Shown piece by piece: positions 9,720 through 19,287 of a stretch of 64,000 bases of DNA (the stretch's first letter is position 1; the number at the start of each line of letters is the position of its first letter). The translations under genes and the position numbers were made by a program. The notes below the pieces were generated by a model that saw only the letters and a program-made list of their open reading frames with translations, was not told the origin of the DNA and did not search any database. Source of the DNA: a virus (lineage: Duplodnaviria; Caudoviricetes); IMG/VR virus record IMGVR_UViG_3300042558_004043; one strand, given 5' to 3'.

Positions 9720-10057
9720 TAGACTAATTCATCGCCCTCTGATATGCCTTTTTGTTTACAGGTCCCACCTTTGACTTCTAAAACTATATCACCCTCACCA
9801 CAATAATTTCTACATTCATCATCCTTACATGGGGGACAATTGTGATGTATTTTTGTTATGATGTCATCTTTAATAAAAATGATGTCCAAATTTATAATAC
9901 AGTTATTCATCCAAAAACAATGTTCATCACCACCCATCATGAATAACATACCATTAAAGTCTTTGTTGAATTTTTTACCCATCATACCTTTTTGGGTTTC
10001 TTTTTCTGATACTAAAACTTTAACTTTGAATTTAGAGTTATTTATACTTAACAACAT
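9716..10057 (-). CDS. DUF192 family protein
   Basis: KGMM...GMLF...FWMNNC...LDIIFI...VLEV.GG signature. Confidence 0.85.
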   Translation of the reverse strand: MLLSINNSKFKVKVLVSEKETQKGMMGKKFNKDFNGMLFMMGGDEHCFWMNNCIINLDIIFIKDDIITKIHHNCPPCKDDECRNYCGEGDIVLEVKGGTCKQKGISEGDELVY

Positions 10058-10200
10058 AATGATAAATACTTTATGATATGAAAATGATTTATTTTATAAA
10101 ATAATTAAGTTTTTTTGTTAAAAATTTAACTTTTTAATAATTCGCACATATTTATACGAAAATAAGCCCAACGCCCCTTTCTAAATAGTTGGTTATAACT

Positions 10201-10240
10201 AAACCCTAAAATTCCCCCAAAGATTTTTAGGGTTTTTGTT
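10201..10240 (+). terminator. Intrinsic terminator
   Basis: AAACCCTAAAA...TTTTAGGGTTT followed by a T-run. Confidence 0.7.
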
Positions 10241-10263
10241 TTTTTCGTATATTTGTACCCATT

Positions 10264-10701
10264 ATGAAAAATAAACTATCCATAGTTAATAAAAAAGCTC
10301 GTTATGAATATGAGTTTATTTCTACGTTTACCGCTGGTATCCAACTCATTGGAAGTGAGGTAAAGACCATAAAAAAGGGTAAACTATCAATAAATGACGC
10401 TTTCTGTATTTTTAAAGAAAACGAACTTTTTATTAAAAATATGGTTTTGACTGAGAAAGTTAATGAGTTTTCACCTGATGTTAAACGAGATAAGAAATTG
10501 TTGTTAAAAAAGTCCGAACTAAATGGATTGAAAAGAGATATGATTAAGGGACTGACAATAATTGTTAATAAAGTGTTTGAAAATGATAAAGGTTTGATAA
10601 AAGTTGAAATTTCTCTTGCAAAAGGTAAAAAACTGTACGATAAACGTAATACTATTAAAGAAAGAGAACTAAATAGGGATAAAAAATTTGTAGGATTGTA
10701 A
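10264..10701 (+). CDS. smpB: SsrA-binding protein SmpB
   Basis: NKKARYEY...AGIQLIGSEVK...RDKKLLL...LAKGKKLYDKR. Confidence 0.92.
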   Translation: MKNKLSIVNKKARYEYEFISTFTAGIQLIGSEVKTIKKGKLSINDAFCIFKENELFIKNMVLTEKVNEFSPDVKRDKKLLLKKSELNGLKRDMIKGLTIIVNKVFENDKGLIKVEISLAKGKKLYDKRNTIKERELNRDKKFVGL

Positions 10702-10732
10702 ATTATTCGTATATTTGTAAAAATTATAACTC

Positions 10733-11008
10733 ATGACCACAATTACCCACACAATCAAAATAGAAAACGAAAAGTTTGGAGTTATCCTTAATGAAACTTT
10801 TATTGACCCTATCCAATTTAAGTTGTTTCTTAAAATGATACAAGCTTGTATTGAACTTAAGAATGACCTATCATTCTTCAACGGGGTTGAATTTTTAGTT
10901 CACGTACCGCATCGTTTTCTATCTGATTCTATTATTACCACATCTCTTAATTCAATCGAGATGTCAGAAATTGTAAAAAGTAAAATCGAAGCACTAGTAA
11001 CAAAATGA
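10733..11008 (+). CDS. Hypothetical protein
   Basis: 91 aa ORF behind a TAnnTTTG promoter. Confidence 0.75.
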   Translation: MTTITHTIKIENEKFGVILNETFIDPIQFKLFLKMIQACIELKNDLSFFNGVEFLVHVPHRFLSDSIITTSLNSIEMSEIVKSKIEALVTK

Positions 11009-11361
11009 TTATAGACTCAAATACATTCGGTTGGTTATTGTCAGCGGCAATTGCCGTATTGATTTTAGTAAGGTTTTGGAAGAGAGCTATAAAATTTATT
11101 TTGATAGCGGTGGCCGCCTTGTTTGTATTACTCGTAGTTCAAATTAAATCATGTTATGATGTTGTAATTCTTCCTAATAAGGTAAATAAAACTGAAAAGG
11201 TTGATATTAAAATTGGGGATAATGACAAAGTTAAGACCTCAAAAAAAGATACTGTAAAAACAAAATCATCGGAAAAACAATCAAAGGTTATGGTTCATGC
11301 TAAGTATGATACCTTAACCAAAGAGATTGAAATTGAGGACGTTGAGATTTTGAATGAGTGA
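11005..11361 (+). CDS. Membrane protein
   Basis: Two N-terminal hydrophobic segments and a Lys-rich tail. Confidence 0.75.
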   Translation: MIIDSNTFGWLLSAAIAVLILVRFWKRAIKFILIAVAALFVLLVVQIKSCYDVVILPNKVNKTEKVDIKIGDNDKVKTSKKDTVKTKSSEKQSKVMVHAKYDTLTKEIEIEDVEILNE

Positions 11362-11408
11362 TTTTCTTGGTATATTAAAACCAAGTGGTGGACCGGTAAC
11401 ACGGGCTC

Positions 11409-11436
11409 AAAAAAGGAGAGAAATCTCCTTTTTTTT
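11409..11436. terminator. Intrinsic terminator
   Basis: A6-GGAGA-GAAA-TCTCC-T8. Confidence 0.85.
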
Positions 11437-11465
11437 GTTTTTTGATATTTATAGTAAAAGAGTAT

Positions 11466-11780
11466 ATGAAAAACGTTATTATATCAGAGAAACAACTTTC
11501 CGATTTAATTGGTCAGGTTAAAAATAATGTTAACGAATCTCACGAACAAGGTTCTTACATGGCAAAACAACAACTTTTTATGTTGGCAACCATGGCTTAT
11601 ACCATGTGGGAAAAAATGGAGGATGGAGAACAACTCGAGGATTGGATGGAGACAAAAATCGCCCAATCTGAACAAAGTATCTTGTCTGTTGTTAAAGCTT
11701 TTATGTATGATGAGTTTGTTGACGATGAAAACGCAGGGATGGGGAAGTTAAATTTCAATGATTTGGTAATAGGTAAATAA
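11466..11780 (+). CDS. Leader-type hypothetical protein (MKNVIISEKQ)
   Basis: Start moved to the ATG after TATTTAT. Confidence 0.75.
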   Translation: MKNVIISEKQLSDLIGQVKNNVNESHEQGSYMAKQQLFMLATMAYTMWEKMEDGEQLEDWMETKIAQSEQSILSVVKAFMYDEFVDDENAGMGKLNFNDLVIGK

Positions 11781-11797
11781 CCTAAAAACACATTTTT

Positions 11798-12238
11798 ATG
11801 AATCTGTCTGAAATAAAACTAATGAAGTTTCAATACTTACTTAACCCAGATGAGGTTGATGATTTCCTTGCCAATAATATGACAAAGAAACAACGTGAAT
11901 GGGCTCAAAGAGTATCTGAAACAGTGCCAAGTGATAGTTCAAGTGAGGATTCAGGTAAAGCTTGGGATGTATTTTTGGCTGACGATGATATGATTGAACA
12001 AATTGAAAAATTTATCAAGGAAATCGGATTATCTTTTCATAAAATAGATTTATCTAACGAATATTGTAAAAATGAAGGTATTGCCGACACGGTTCTTCAA
12101 AACAAAATTAGACGTTTTTTGGAAACTAATTATTCTATAGATTATATATTAGATAGAATTAACGAAGTTGGAATGAAAAACTTAAATGTTTTTGAAAAGT
12201 TTTATTTGGAAAAATATGGTAGTAAACAAGAGGAATAA
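11798..12238 (+). CDS. Hypothetical protein
   Basis: 146 aa ORF. Confidence 0.75.
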   Translation: MNLSEIKLMKFQYLLNPDEVDDFLANNMTKKQREWAQRVSETVPSDSSSEDSGKAWDVFLADDDMIEQIEKFIKEIGLSFHKIDLSNEYCKNEGIADTVLQNKIRRFLETNYSIDYILDRINEVGMKNLNVFEKFYLEKYGSKQEE

Positions 12239-12268
12239 ATAAAAAATCAATATTTATAAATAAAAAAA

Positions 12269-12712
12269 ATGAACGATAAATTTAAAAACAAACTCTTTGA
12301 AGAGGTTAAAAAAAGAGGATTGTTATCAGAACAAGAAGAAAAAACTGCTGGTGGTTTAAAAGAAATAGTTTCAAGTCTCCTTCACTCGAGAAATCAAATA
12401 CATGTTTTCCATCTACAAACTGAATCATATGCTCAACACAAAGCTTTGGGTGATTTTTATGATGGAATCGGTGATTTAATAGATGGTATTGTAGAAAGTT
12501 ATCAGGGTAAACACGGAATCATAAAAGGATATAGTAGTGATAAGATTGAGGATTATAAAAGTTCAGAACAAGTTATATCTTATCTTGAAAAAATTGATTT
12601 AGTATTAGAAAAAAATAGAAAATTAGTTAAAGAATCGTATACACAAAATCAGATTGATGAAGTACAAACTTTACTTTACTCAACAATCTACAAAATGAAA
12701 TTTTTAAAATAA
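12269..12712 (+). CDS. Ferritin/Dps-like four-helix protein (DUF5856-like) with leader
   Basis: HLQTESYAQHKALGDFYD...IVESYQG...NQIDE pattern; leader ends LLSEQ. Confidence 0.65.
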   Translation: MNDKFKNKLFEEVKKRGLLSEQEEKTAGGLKEIVSSLLHSRNQIHVFHLQTESYAQHKALGDFYDGIGDLIDGIVESYQGKHGIIKGYSSDKIEDYKSSEQVISYLEKIDLVLEKNRKLVKESYTQNQIDEVQTLLYSTIYKMKFLK

Positions 12713-12732
12713 ATAAAATTATCTTATCTTTG

Positions 12733-12759
12733 AACCCTCACCATATGGTGGGGGTTTTT
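12733..12759 (+). terminator. Intrinsic terminator
   Basis: AACCCTCACC-ATAT-GGTGGGGGTT followed by a T-run. Confidence 0.8.
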
Positions 12760-12782
12760 AATTTTAAAGATATTTATACAAT

Positions 12783-13358
12783 ATGACAAAGTTCGATAAA
12801 ACATTAATATCTTATATCAGTACAACTACTGATTTTGCAGATATTGATATAAGCGTGGAAGAACATCACGGTCGTAAGTATTTGATAGCTCGTGTTGACG
12901 TAGAAAAGATTGATGAAAATAGTCCAAGGTATGACCAATCCTATGCGGAAAAATTGGTCAGAAAAAGAAAAATAAATCAACCAACTTTCATCACTCCAAT
13001 GAACTCTTTGGAAAAAAGATTAGGGGATGCGTCAAAATTTTTTGGAGAATTAGAATATAAGACGGCTTTTTTACCAAAAAATTATGAATCTTTGGATGGT
13101 ATTGAGAAAAAAGTCCAAGACACAGTTAAAGAAATAAATCCTGAGTTTGACGCTGAATTTTCATGGGACTCCGATTACCCAAAACCTGTATTATCAATAT
13201 ATCTTGGTGGTTCTAAAAACTACGATGAATGGTATAAACCAAAATATGGTCATTCTGCAAGTAAATTTATTGGGGATATAGAAAAAAAGATTGGTGATAA
13301 TATCTCACTTAATCAGTATAAATGGAGAATTCTAAATGGGAAGAAAAAGGCGGATTAG
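12783..13358 (+). CDS. Hypothetical protein
   Basis: 191 aa ORF behind TATTTAT. Confidence 0.75.
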   Translation: MTKFDKTLISYISTTTDFADIDISVEEHHGRKYLIARVDVEKIDENSPRYDQSYAEKLVRKRKINQPTFITPMNSLEKRLGDASKFFGELEYKTAFLPKNYESLDGIEKKVQDTVKEINPEFDAEFSWDSDYPKPVLSIYLGGSKNYDEWYKPKYGHSASKFIGDIEKKIGDNISLNQYKWRILNGKKKAD

Positions 13359-13415
13359 AATGTTGTAAAGGATGAGTCATACCCAAAAATACTAATTTTG
13401 ATAATATTTATCAAT

Positions 13416-13967
13416 ATGAAGTTTATTATCTCTGAACAACAACAAGAAAGATTGAGTGTTTACGATAAAGCTCAAAAAATGTTTTTTAAATTTTGGGACA
13501 AAAACGGGCCAAAGGCTGATGACTTGTTTTTCAAACTTTTTGGATTTACTAATATTGGTTTAGAGTTCGTAGGATATATGATAAGTAGAAACGACGTTTA
13601 TAGAATGTTAAGAAAGTGGTATGGTGGTGATAACGCAAAATCTAAAGCAATTGAGTTATTGAAACAAAAAAACTATACTGTTAATTCTTGTGGAGGATAT
13701 AATTTTGATTTTGAAGTTGTTCATTATTATATTAATAATGATATTGGTGAAATATATGTTATAGTGAAGCCTGATGTAAAAAATGGAACAGTTACTTTAT
13801 TAATGATTGGAGGTGAGGAACAAAATTTGGGTGACGCGATAAACAATCCAGATTACGGGTATGAAATAGAAGGAGAAATAGCCGATTGCATCTATGAATT
13901 ATTGATTCAAAAAATCACAGAAACAACCGGCTTTTTAATTAGTATTGATAGATTAATTTTAGATTAA
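13416..13967 (+). CDS. Leader-type hypothetical protein (MKFIISEQQ)
   Basis: Start moved to the ATG after TATTTAT. Confidence 0.75.
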   Translation: MKFIISEQQQERLSVYDKAQKMFFKFWDKNGPKADDLFFKLFGFTNIGLEFVGYMISRNDVYRMLRKWYGGDNAKSKAIELLKQKNYTVNSCGGYNFDFEVVHYYINNDIGEIYVIVKPDVKNGTVTLLMIGGEEQNLGDAINNPDYGYEIEGEIADCIYELLIQKITETTGFLISIDRLILD

Positions 13968-14572
13968 GTAATATCTGTTGATTCAATCAAAGTGTAAGAA
14001 AATTTGTTTCCGTGAATTTTAGCGGCTTTCTTACAGATTGACATAAACACGTCAAAATCTTTTACTCTCTTAAATACCTGACATCCCTCTGACCAATTCT
14101 CAACCCATTGAGAGTCCTGTCCTGCTTTGTGAATGTTTATACCAAAGATACCAGTATCTGTAACTTTTTCTTCAAATATTAAATCTTTGTTGGCGTCTCT
14201 CCAAACTGTAACATTACCTAATCTCTGACACAAAGCATCGTATTTACCTTGATGTTTGTCAATTTTCCAAACACCTCTGTATTGATTTGGTACCAATCGT
14301 GCAACACCCTTTTTATTGTGAAATTCCATAACTCCTTTTTTACCCGGGTCAGTTGTTGCACTCCAGCAATGGAATTTCCAATTTCCTGTTTCATCCTTAT
14401 AAGTGATTGTAAGACAATCATCAAAAAGATTTGTAACTTTGTCCGCAATTGACGGGTGATTGTTTCTCACACCAACAATGTTAACATCGTAAGTTTTATT
14501 ACTTGCATCCTCAAACCAAGTGTAACCTTTTGATTTGACTGTTTTTTCAATTTGTTCTCTTGTGTAGCACAT
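13964..14572 (-). CDS. L,D-transpeptidase (YkuD)-like protein, putative endolysin
   Basis: GINIH...NWSEGCQV matches the H-x(n)-S-x-G-C catalytic motif; TTDPG motif. Confidence 0.6.
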   Translation of the reverse strand: MCYTREQIEKTVKSKGYTWFEDASNKTYDVNIVGVRNNHPSIADKVTNLFDDCLTITYKDETGNWKFHCWSATTDPGKKGVMEFHNKKGVARLVPNQYRGVWKIDKHQGKYDALCQRLGNVTVWRDANKDLIFEEKVTDTGIFGINIHKAGQDSQWVENWSEGCQVFKRVKDFDVFMSICKKAAKIHGNKFSYTLIESTDIT

Positions 14573-14627
14573 AACTTATTTTTTTTGTTTTATTTAATCA
14601 TAAATATTTATTATCATATAAAATGTT

Positions 14628-15035
14628 ATGTCTAAAATTAAAGAAACATTAAGAGATAGGATTAGTAAAATTTTGGTTGAGACTGCAACCGAAAAATACT
14701 TGGAGATTATCAAACACACATTAAAGGGAGATAAAGAATATAAAGGTAAGTATCTTATGCCTTATACTGATAAGGATGACTATGTTGATTTTGTGATTAG
14801 TTACCATGTTACCAGAGCCAGTCTTTGGAAATCAAATGGAAAACATTGTATGTACGAAGGTACTGTTTATGTTAAAATAGATAAAATAATGGTTGGGTTT
14901 GAAGGTACGGATGATTGGGAAAATGTTAGAAAAATACAGAACTTACCTTCGTGGGTTGAGGATGATTTTAAAGATTTAATTCAAAACGAATTAAATATGT
15001 TTGATAACATCTGTATGGATGTTGATTACGATTAA
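14628..15035 (+). CDS. Leader-type hypothetical protein
   Basis: MSKIKETLRDRISKILVE leader; behind TATTTAT. Confidence 0.75.
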   Translation: MSKIKETLRDRISKILVETATEKYLEIIKHTLKGDKEYKGKYLMPYTDKDDYVDFVISYHVTRASLWKSNGKHCMYEGTVYVKIDKIMVGFEGTDDWENVRKIQNLPSWVEDDFKDLIQNELNMFDNICMDVDYD

Positions 15036-15047
15036 TCTAATTTTTGA

Positions 15048-15440
15048 TTATCTAACCGTTTTAACTTTATAGGGGAATTTACTTTCAAACCAAGTTTTTA
15101 TACCACTGTGCCATATCTTTTCCCCGAACATCTCATCCAATAAATTTTCTATTGGTAATTCTACCGATAACATTGGGGAACTTGACCTCCTTATATCTCC
15201 TGTTGGATTATTGCCAGTCCAATAACCTACTCCATACCAATAAAATAAAACGTCATCCTCATCGTACTTACCCGTATAGAATGCAACTTTATTTGGGTCT
15301 AACCCTTCAAAATGATTACCTTCTTCATCTACAAAATAGTCATAGGGGTGAAAATAATTTATTTCTTCGTTTTTAAAGTAGTTCTCTAAGAACTTTACAA
15401 CTACCTCATCTAATCTATTTTGATTAATTTCATATTCCAT
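15048..15440 (-). CDS. Member of the leader/cassette family
   Basis: MEYEINQNRLDEVVVKFL...IKTWFESKF resembles the 22-26 kb array proteins. Confidence 0.7.
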   Translation of the reverse strand: MEYEINQNRLDEVVVKFLENYFKNEEINYFHPYDYFVDEEGNHFEGLDPNKVAFYTGKYDEDDVLFYWYGVGYWTGNNPTGDIRRSSSPMLSVELPIENLLDEMFGEKIWHSGIKTWFESKFPYKVKTVR

Positions 15441-15462
15441 AACAATAAATAGTTTTAAAATA

Positions 15463-15490
15463 AAAAAACCCCTCTTTATGGGAGGGGTTT
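15463..15490. terminator. Intrinsic terminator
   Basis: AAACCCCTC-TTTATGG-GAGGGGTTT. Confidence 0.75.
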
Positions 15491-15508
15491 AACGTACAGT
15501 CTATCAGT

Positions 15509-15868
15509 TTAAGACTTAACCGTGTAAGTTCTTAGACAGTGAGCTGACCATGCCAAACCACCAAGTAGGATTGGCATAAAGATACCAACTCCACCTAATA
15601 TTGCAAAGTGAACTGCAACTGCTCCTGACATAGCGGATGATACTCCGAGAGCTCCAAAAATTGAAGTTCTTGGATAAATCAACAGTGCTAATGAAGCGAG
15701 TTCAAAAACACCAATCCATGTCATTTGAGGAAGCATTCCAAAGAATGTAAAATTCTGAGTCATTTCCTCTGAATGGGTAACTTTTGAGATTGCTCCCATT
15801 CCTAGCATAAACACCACAACTGCGGTGATAAGCCATCCTAAATTTTTAAGTGTAAGATATTTTTTCAT
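15509..15868 (-). CDS. DoxX family membrane protein
   Basis: Four TM segments; MGAISK, IGVFEL and MSGAVAVH patterns. Confidence 0.75.
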   Translation of the reverse strand: MKKYLTLKNLGWLITAVVVFMLGMGAISKVTHSEEMTQNFTFFGMLPQMTWIGVFELASLALLIYPRTSIFGALGVSSAMSGAVAVHFAILGGVGIFMPILLGGLAWSAHCLRTYTVKS

Positions 15869-15914
15869 AAATGAATTATAGACAATAATTTAAATATTGT
15901 CAATATTTATGTAT

Positions 15915-17327
15915 ATGAGTTTGAAAATGGATGATACCATATATATTAAAGGTTTTATAAATGAAAAACCTGAATTTTTTTGTCGGATACATTTTAAAGA
16001 TTTAATAGGATTTCCAACAAGAGTGTTTTTAATTATAAATGATACAATATACGTGACACATCCAACTTTTGATGTTGTACCGCTTTCAGAAAACTGTGTT
16101 GATTATGAGGTTTTAGAAGATGTTGATGTAGGATATCATAAACAGTTAAAAGATAAACTACAAACGATTAGACAATTTGGGGTTAAATCGGTACCAATTG
16201 AAATGGTCAAAAAGATATTTAAACCAAAACTTAAAGAACAAGAGGAACCAAAAAAATCATCAAGGGATGAGACTATATTGGATTTAGTTGATAAATTTAA
16301 TAACAACGAAATAGATTTAGAGTTTTTGGAATCATTTGTTGGAGGTTTGGATAATTTTATCAATATCGTATCCAAAAAAGGTTGGTTACATTTAATTAAT
16401 CCATTTGCTGACGGGGCAAAAGATTTACAAAATTCTTTATTTTATTCATTCTATAAAAATGACAAGAACTTTGTTTGGAAAATCGTTGATAATTTTCTAT
16501 CAGATGTTATCAAAATTGGTGACGATTATTATTATGATACAAATTCAGAGGAATTAAGTGAATATTTTAATGAAGGTAGAAATGATGTGAGTCAAACTAC
16601 CATAGAATCAATTTTGAATTTTGATTATCATGTTGATTGGTATGGTAATTTGACCGATGACGAATATGGTGATGTATATTCTGATTTGACCTATGAAAAT
16701 AAAGAACTTGTTGACCAAGAAATCATTAAAGAATTAAAAAGTATGACTCAAATCAATAACGGGTATAAGTCATCCAAATTAATTGATACTTTGGCTAATG
16801 AACAAGGTCACGAAGAATACGTTGAGCTCGATGATGAGATTATTACAAAATTAATTCAGGACGAAAATTCTTTAAAGTATCTTATTAACCAAGAACTAGA
16901 TGATGTTAGGGGTAATCTTTATAACATATACAGTATGTGTTATAACGATACTTTGACTGATACATGGCATGATGAGATTATGAATGAACTTGTTGGATTT
17001 GTTATTGATGACCCAAAAACTGAAGAATATGAATATCAAAAATCAGGTTGGGATAGAAATGGTCAAAGAACAACCAAAACAATGTATGGTAAAAGATATA
17101 AAGCAACCAAAGCAATTTATGATAAGGTGGTTATATGGTTAGAAAATAATCATAAGTATAATGGTAGTTACGACGACACGATTGAAAGTTTGGGTTCGTT
17201 TTATTATTTAATGAAAGATTTAATTAATGACGGAGACGTTGAACAATTAAGAATCAGTTTGCGTGATTATCCTGATTATAGAAAAATGGGTAACTGCATA
17301 AATGACAATACATCAGGTTATTTTTAA
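15915..17327 (+). CDS. Large acidic hypothetical protein
   Basis: About 470 aa, D/E-rich; behind TATTTAT; internal LKEQ motif. Confidence 0.8.
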   Translation: MSLKMDDTIYIKGFINEKPEFFCRIHFKDLIGFPTRVFLIINDTIYVTHPTFDVVPLSENCVDYEVLEDVDVGYHKQLKDKLQTIRQFGVKSVPIEMVKKIFKPKLKEQEEPKKSSRDETILDLVDKFNNNEIDLEFLESFVGGLDNFINIVSKKGWLHLINPFADGAKDLQNSLFYSFYKNDKNFVWKIVDNFLSDVIKIGDDYYYDTNSEELSEYFNEGRNDVSQTTIESILNFDYHVDWYGNLTDDEYGDVYSDLTYENKELVDQEIIKELKSMTQINNGYKSSKLIDTLANEQGHEEYVELDDEIITKLIQDENSLKYLINQELDDVRGNLYNIYSMCYNDTLTDTWHDEIMNELVGFVIDDPKTEEYEYQKSGWDRNGQRTTKTMYGKRYKATKAIYDKVVIWLENNHKYNGSYDDTIESLGSFYYLMKDLINDGDVEQLRISLRDYPDYRKMGNCINDNTSGYF

Positions 17328-17707
17328 TTTTCTAATTCATACATCCAAGATTCATTTTTTGAATTTACGGTCAAATATTTTCTGTCAAAGTCATCCTCAG
17401 TAAATAAATAAACCTTGAACTTTTCATTTTTACCATTGTGTACGTCAAGAACCATGGCTTCTCCCGACTTCAAGTTATCATTAATTTTATCAACGTAGTA
17501 AACTTGCTTAGTTAAAGAATTAATTATAATACTATCAGATGATATATGTACTGATATAGGTTCAATTCTTACCCATTCATTCCACTCAAATTTACCCGTA
17601 TTGATATTCTTTGTACCAAACTTAAATTGTTCGGTTCTCCATTTAAATTGTGAAAATAGAAATGTTGTGTTAAGTAAAAAGATTACTGAGATAATTAAGG
17701 TTTTCAT
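17324..17707 (-). CDS. Exported hypothetical protein
   Basis: MKTLIISVIFLLNTTFLFSQ Sec-type signal ending before Gln (Bacteroidota Q-rule). Confidence 0.7.
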   Translation of the reverse strand: MKTLIISVIFLLNTTFLFSQFKWRTEQFKFGTKNINTGKFEWNEWVRIEPISVHISSDSIIINSLTKQVYYVDKINDNLKSGEAMVLDVHNGKNEKFKVYLFTEDDFDRKYLTVNSKNESWMYELEN

Positions 17708-17723
17708 AAAATATTTTTTACAA

Positions 17724-18401
17724 TTATACGACATCAATGTAAGTCGACCAAATCATCCAATCGGGGTCATAAAATGATTCCAATGTTGATAGGTTGTTTC
17801 TTGAGCAACGCCAAATTGGGTCTTCAAATCTTTCATTATAATCCCATTTAACATAGTTAATTATATTCTCCATTTCATTATTTGGAATACTTTTTATAAC
17901 ATTGTACGTATCTTCACCCACAACGTCAATTTTAATTGGCTTAAAGGCCACCCACCATACAAGACCATCACCGTCAGTTTCAAACCAATGATTACCAGTG
18001 AATTGACCCTCAACCCTATAATTCGCCTTTGTTGTATAAATAACTTTATTAAAATTTACTGATTTCAAACACGATGAAACTTCTTTTCTAATTCTTTCGG
18101 GTACGTAGATATTCAATACAGAGTTATCAAATTGAATTAGATTTTTTACACCTATAAAGTCAGCGGAAACAAATTGGCTAAATTTAGTTATTTCATTTAA
18201 TAAAAATTCTAAAAGGGCTTCTTTTGTATAAGGTAAATCCTGTGGGTTGTATACAGTAAAGACAGGTATATTGAATCTTTCACCTGTAACACGATAAACA
18301 GTTTCTAAATACTCATCCTCATGAGCTCTAACAATAATCCCGTTTACATCTATATCTTTAACAAAATCGGGTAATAGTTTGAAAAATTTACTTATTTCCA
18401 T
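17724..18401 (-). CDS. Hypothetical protein
   Basis: ORF; start moved to MEISK. Confidence 0.75.
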   Translation of the reverse strand: MEISKFFKLLPDFVKDIDVNGIIVRAHEDEYLETVYRVTGERFNIPVFTVYNPQDLPYTKEALLEFLLNEITKFSQFVSADFIGVKNLIQFDNSVLNIYVPERIRKEVSSCLKSVNFNKVIYTTKANYRVEGQFTGNHWFETDGDGLVWWVAFKPIKIDVVGEDTYNVIKSIPNNEMENIINYVKWDYNERFEDPIWRCSRNNLSTLESFYDPDWMIWSTYIDVV

Positions 18402-18435
18402 TAATAATAAATATAAAAAGTTATATATTTGTCCA

Positions 18436-18798
18436 ATGAATAGTTTGGAAAGATTCAAAAAATTTGTTGTTGGGAAAGAGTTTAATTTTCAAACAATGAT
18501 ATTCAGGGGTAAATTTACGTTGGTTAGAGTAAAAGAACGTAAATTATTTTATGAAATTCATACCGCTTACGGTAGTTATGATACTGAATATGATTTAACC
18601 GTTAATTTAAACAAATGTCAGTGGTGGACACTATCGGGTTATTGGTTTGAACCTGATAAAGGATTCAGGAGAGGTAAAAAAACCGCTAATGCGGGATTAA
18701 GAGTTATTATAGATGAAGAAATAAGAAGTATGATGAAATTGATTGGTGATGATAACGGAATTGGTAAAATAACCATTAAGTGGTTGCAAGAGGATTAG
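18436..18798 (+). CDS. Hypothetical protein
   Basis: ATG lies 4 nt after TATATTTG. Confidence 0.7.
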   Translation: MNSLERFKKFVVGKEFNFQTMIFRGKFTLVRVKERKLFYEIHTAYGSYDTEYDLTVNLNKCQWWTLSGYWFEPDKGFRRGKKTANAGLRVIIDEEIRSMMKLIGDDNGIGKITIKWLQED

Positions 18799-19234
18799 TT
18801 CTTTGAATGTAGTCCTCAGCCACAAGAGATGGTTTAAAAGTACTCGAACTAACATTATTAAATATACTCATTTCATCAGGAATAAATTCATAGGATTGTT
18901 TTAATGTCCTTCTAATTTTTTGACCTAATGATGATGAGGCTTCTGACATATCTTGCCATTGTTTAGATTCATATTCACCCCATTCAAAAGGTGCTAATAT
19001 TACAGCGGTTTTAAACTCCCCATAAATTTTAAATTTATAAAAAAAATAACTTTTAACTTCCATATCCATAGTTTTACCAAGTTCAACAAAATCAACTATT
19101 AGATTAATATAAATTACTGTGGAATATTTTTCCCAATTAGGAGTAAACTCCCATCCTTTGATAAACGGAAACGCTTTTTTAGTTGCCCTAACCGCCAAGT
19201 CAATTCCTTTAATTTGTTTTTCTGAGATAGCCAT
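18776..19234 (-). CDS. Leader-type hypothetical protein (MAISEKQ)
   Basis: 152 aa; upstream TATTTAT on the minus strand. Confidence 0.75.
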   Translation of the reverse strand: MAISEKQIKGIDLAVRATKKAFPFIKGWEFTPNWEKYSTVIYINLIVDFVELGKTMDMEVKSYFFYKFKIYGEFKTAVILAPFEWGEYESKQWQDMSEASSSLGQKIRRTLKQSYEFIPDEMSIFNNVSSSTFKPSLVAEDYIQRTNPLATT

Positions 19235-19260
19235 TGTATAAAATAAATATATGATAAACT

Positions 19261-19287
19261 AAAAAGGAGTCATCTGACTCCCTTTTT
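19261..19287. terminator. Intrinsic terminator
   Basis: A5-GGAGTCA-TC-TGACTCC followed by C and a T-run. Confidence 0.8.

Noticed and set aside
10057-11440. tmRNA or tRNA genes near smpB or elsewhere
   Set aside because: No acceptor stem with T-arm (GTTCRA) and CCA end was found by eye; the GTTCGA hits at about 2855, 35357 and 38585 lie inside ORFs. A covariance search is still advisable
12251-12262. T4-type late promoter TATAAATA as the general late signal
   Set aside because: It occurs on the sense strand only incidentally inside TATTTATAAATA; the recurrent sense-strand motif is TATTTAT
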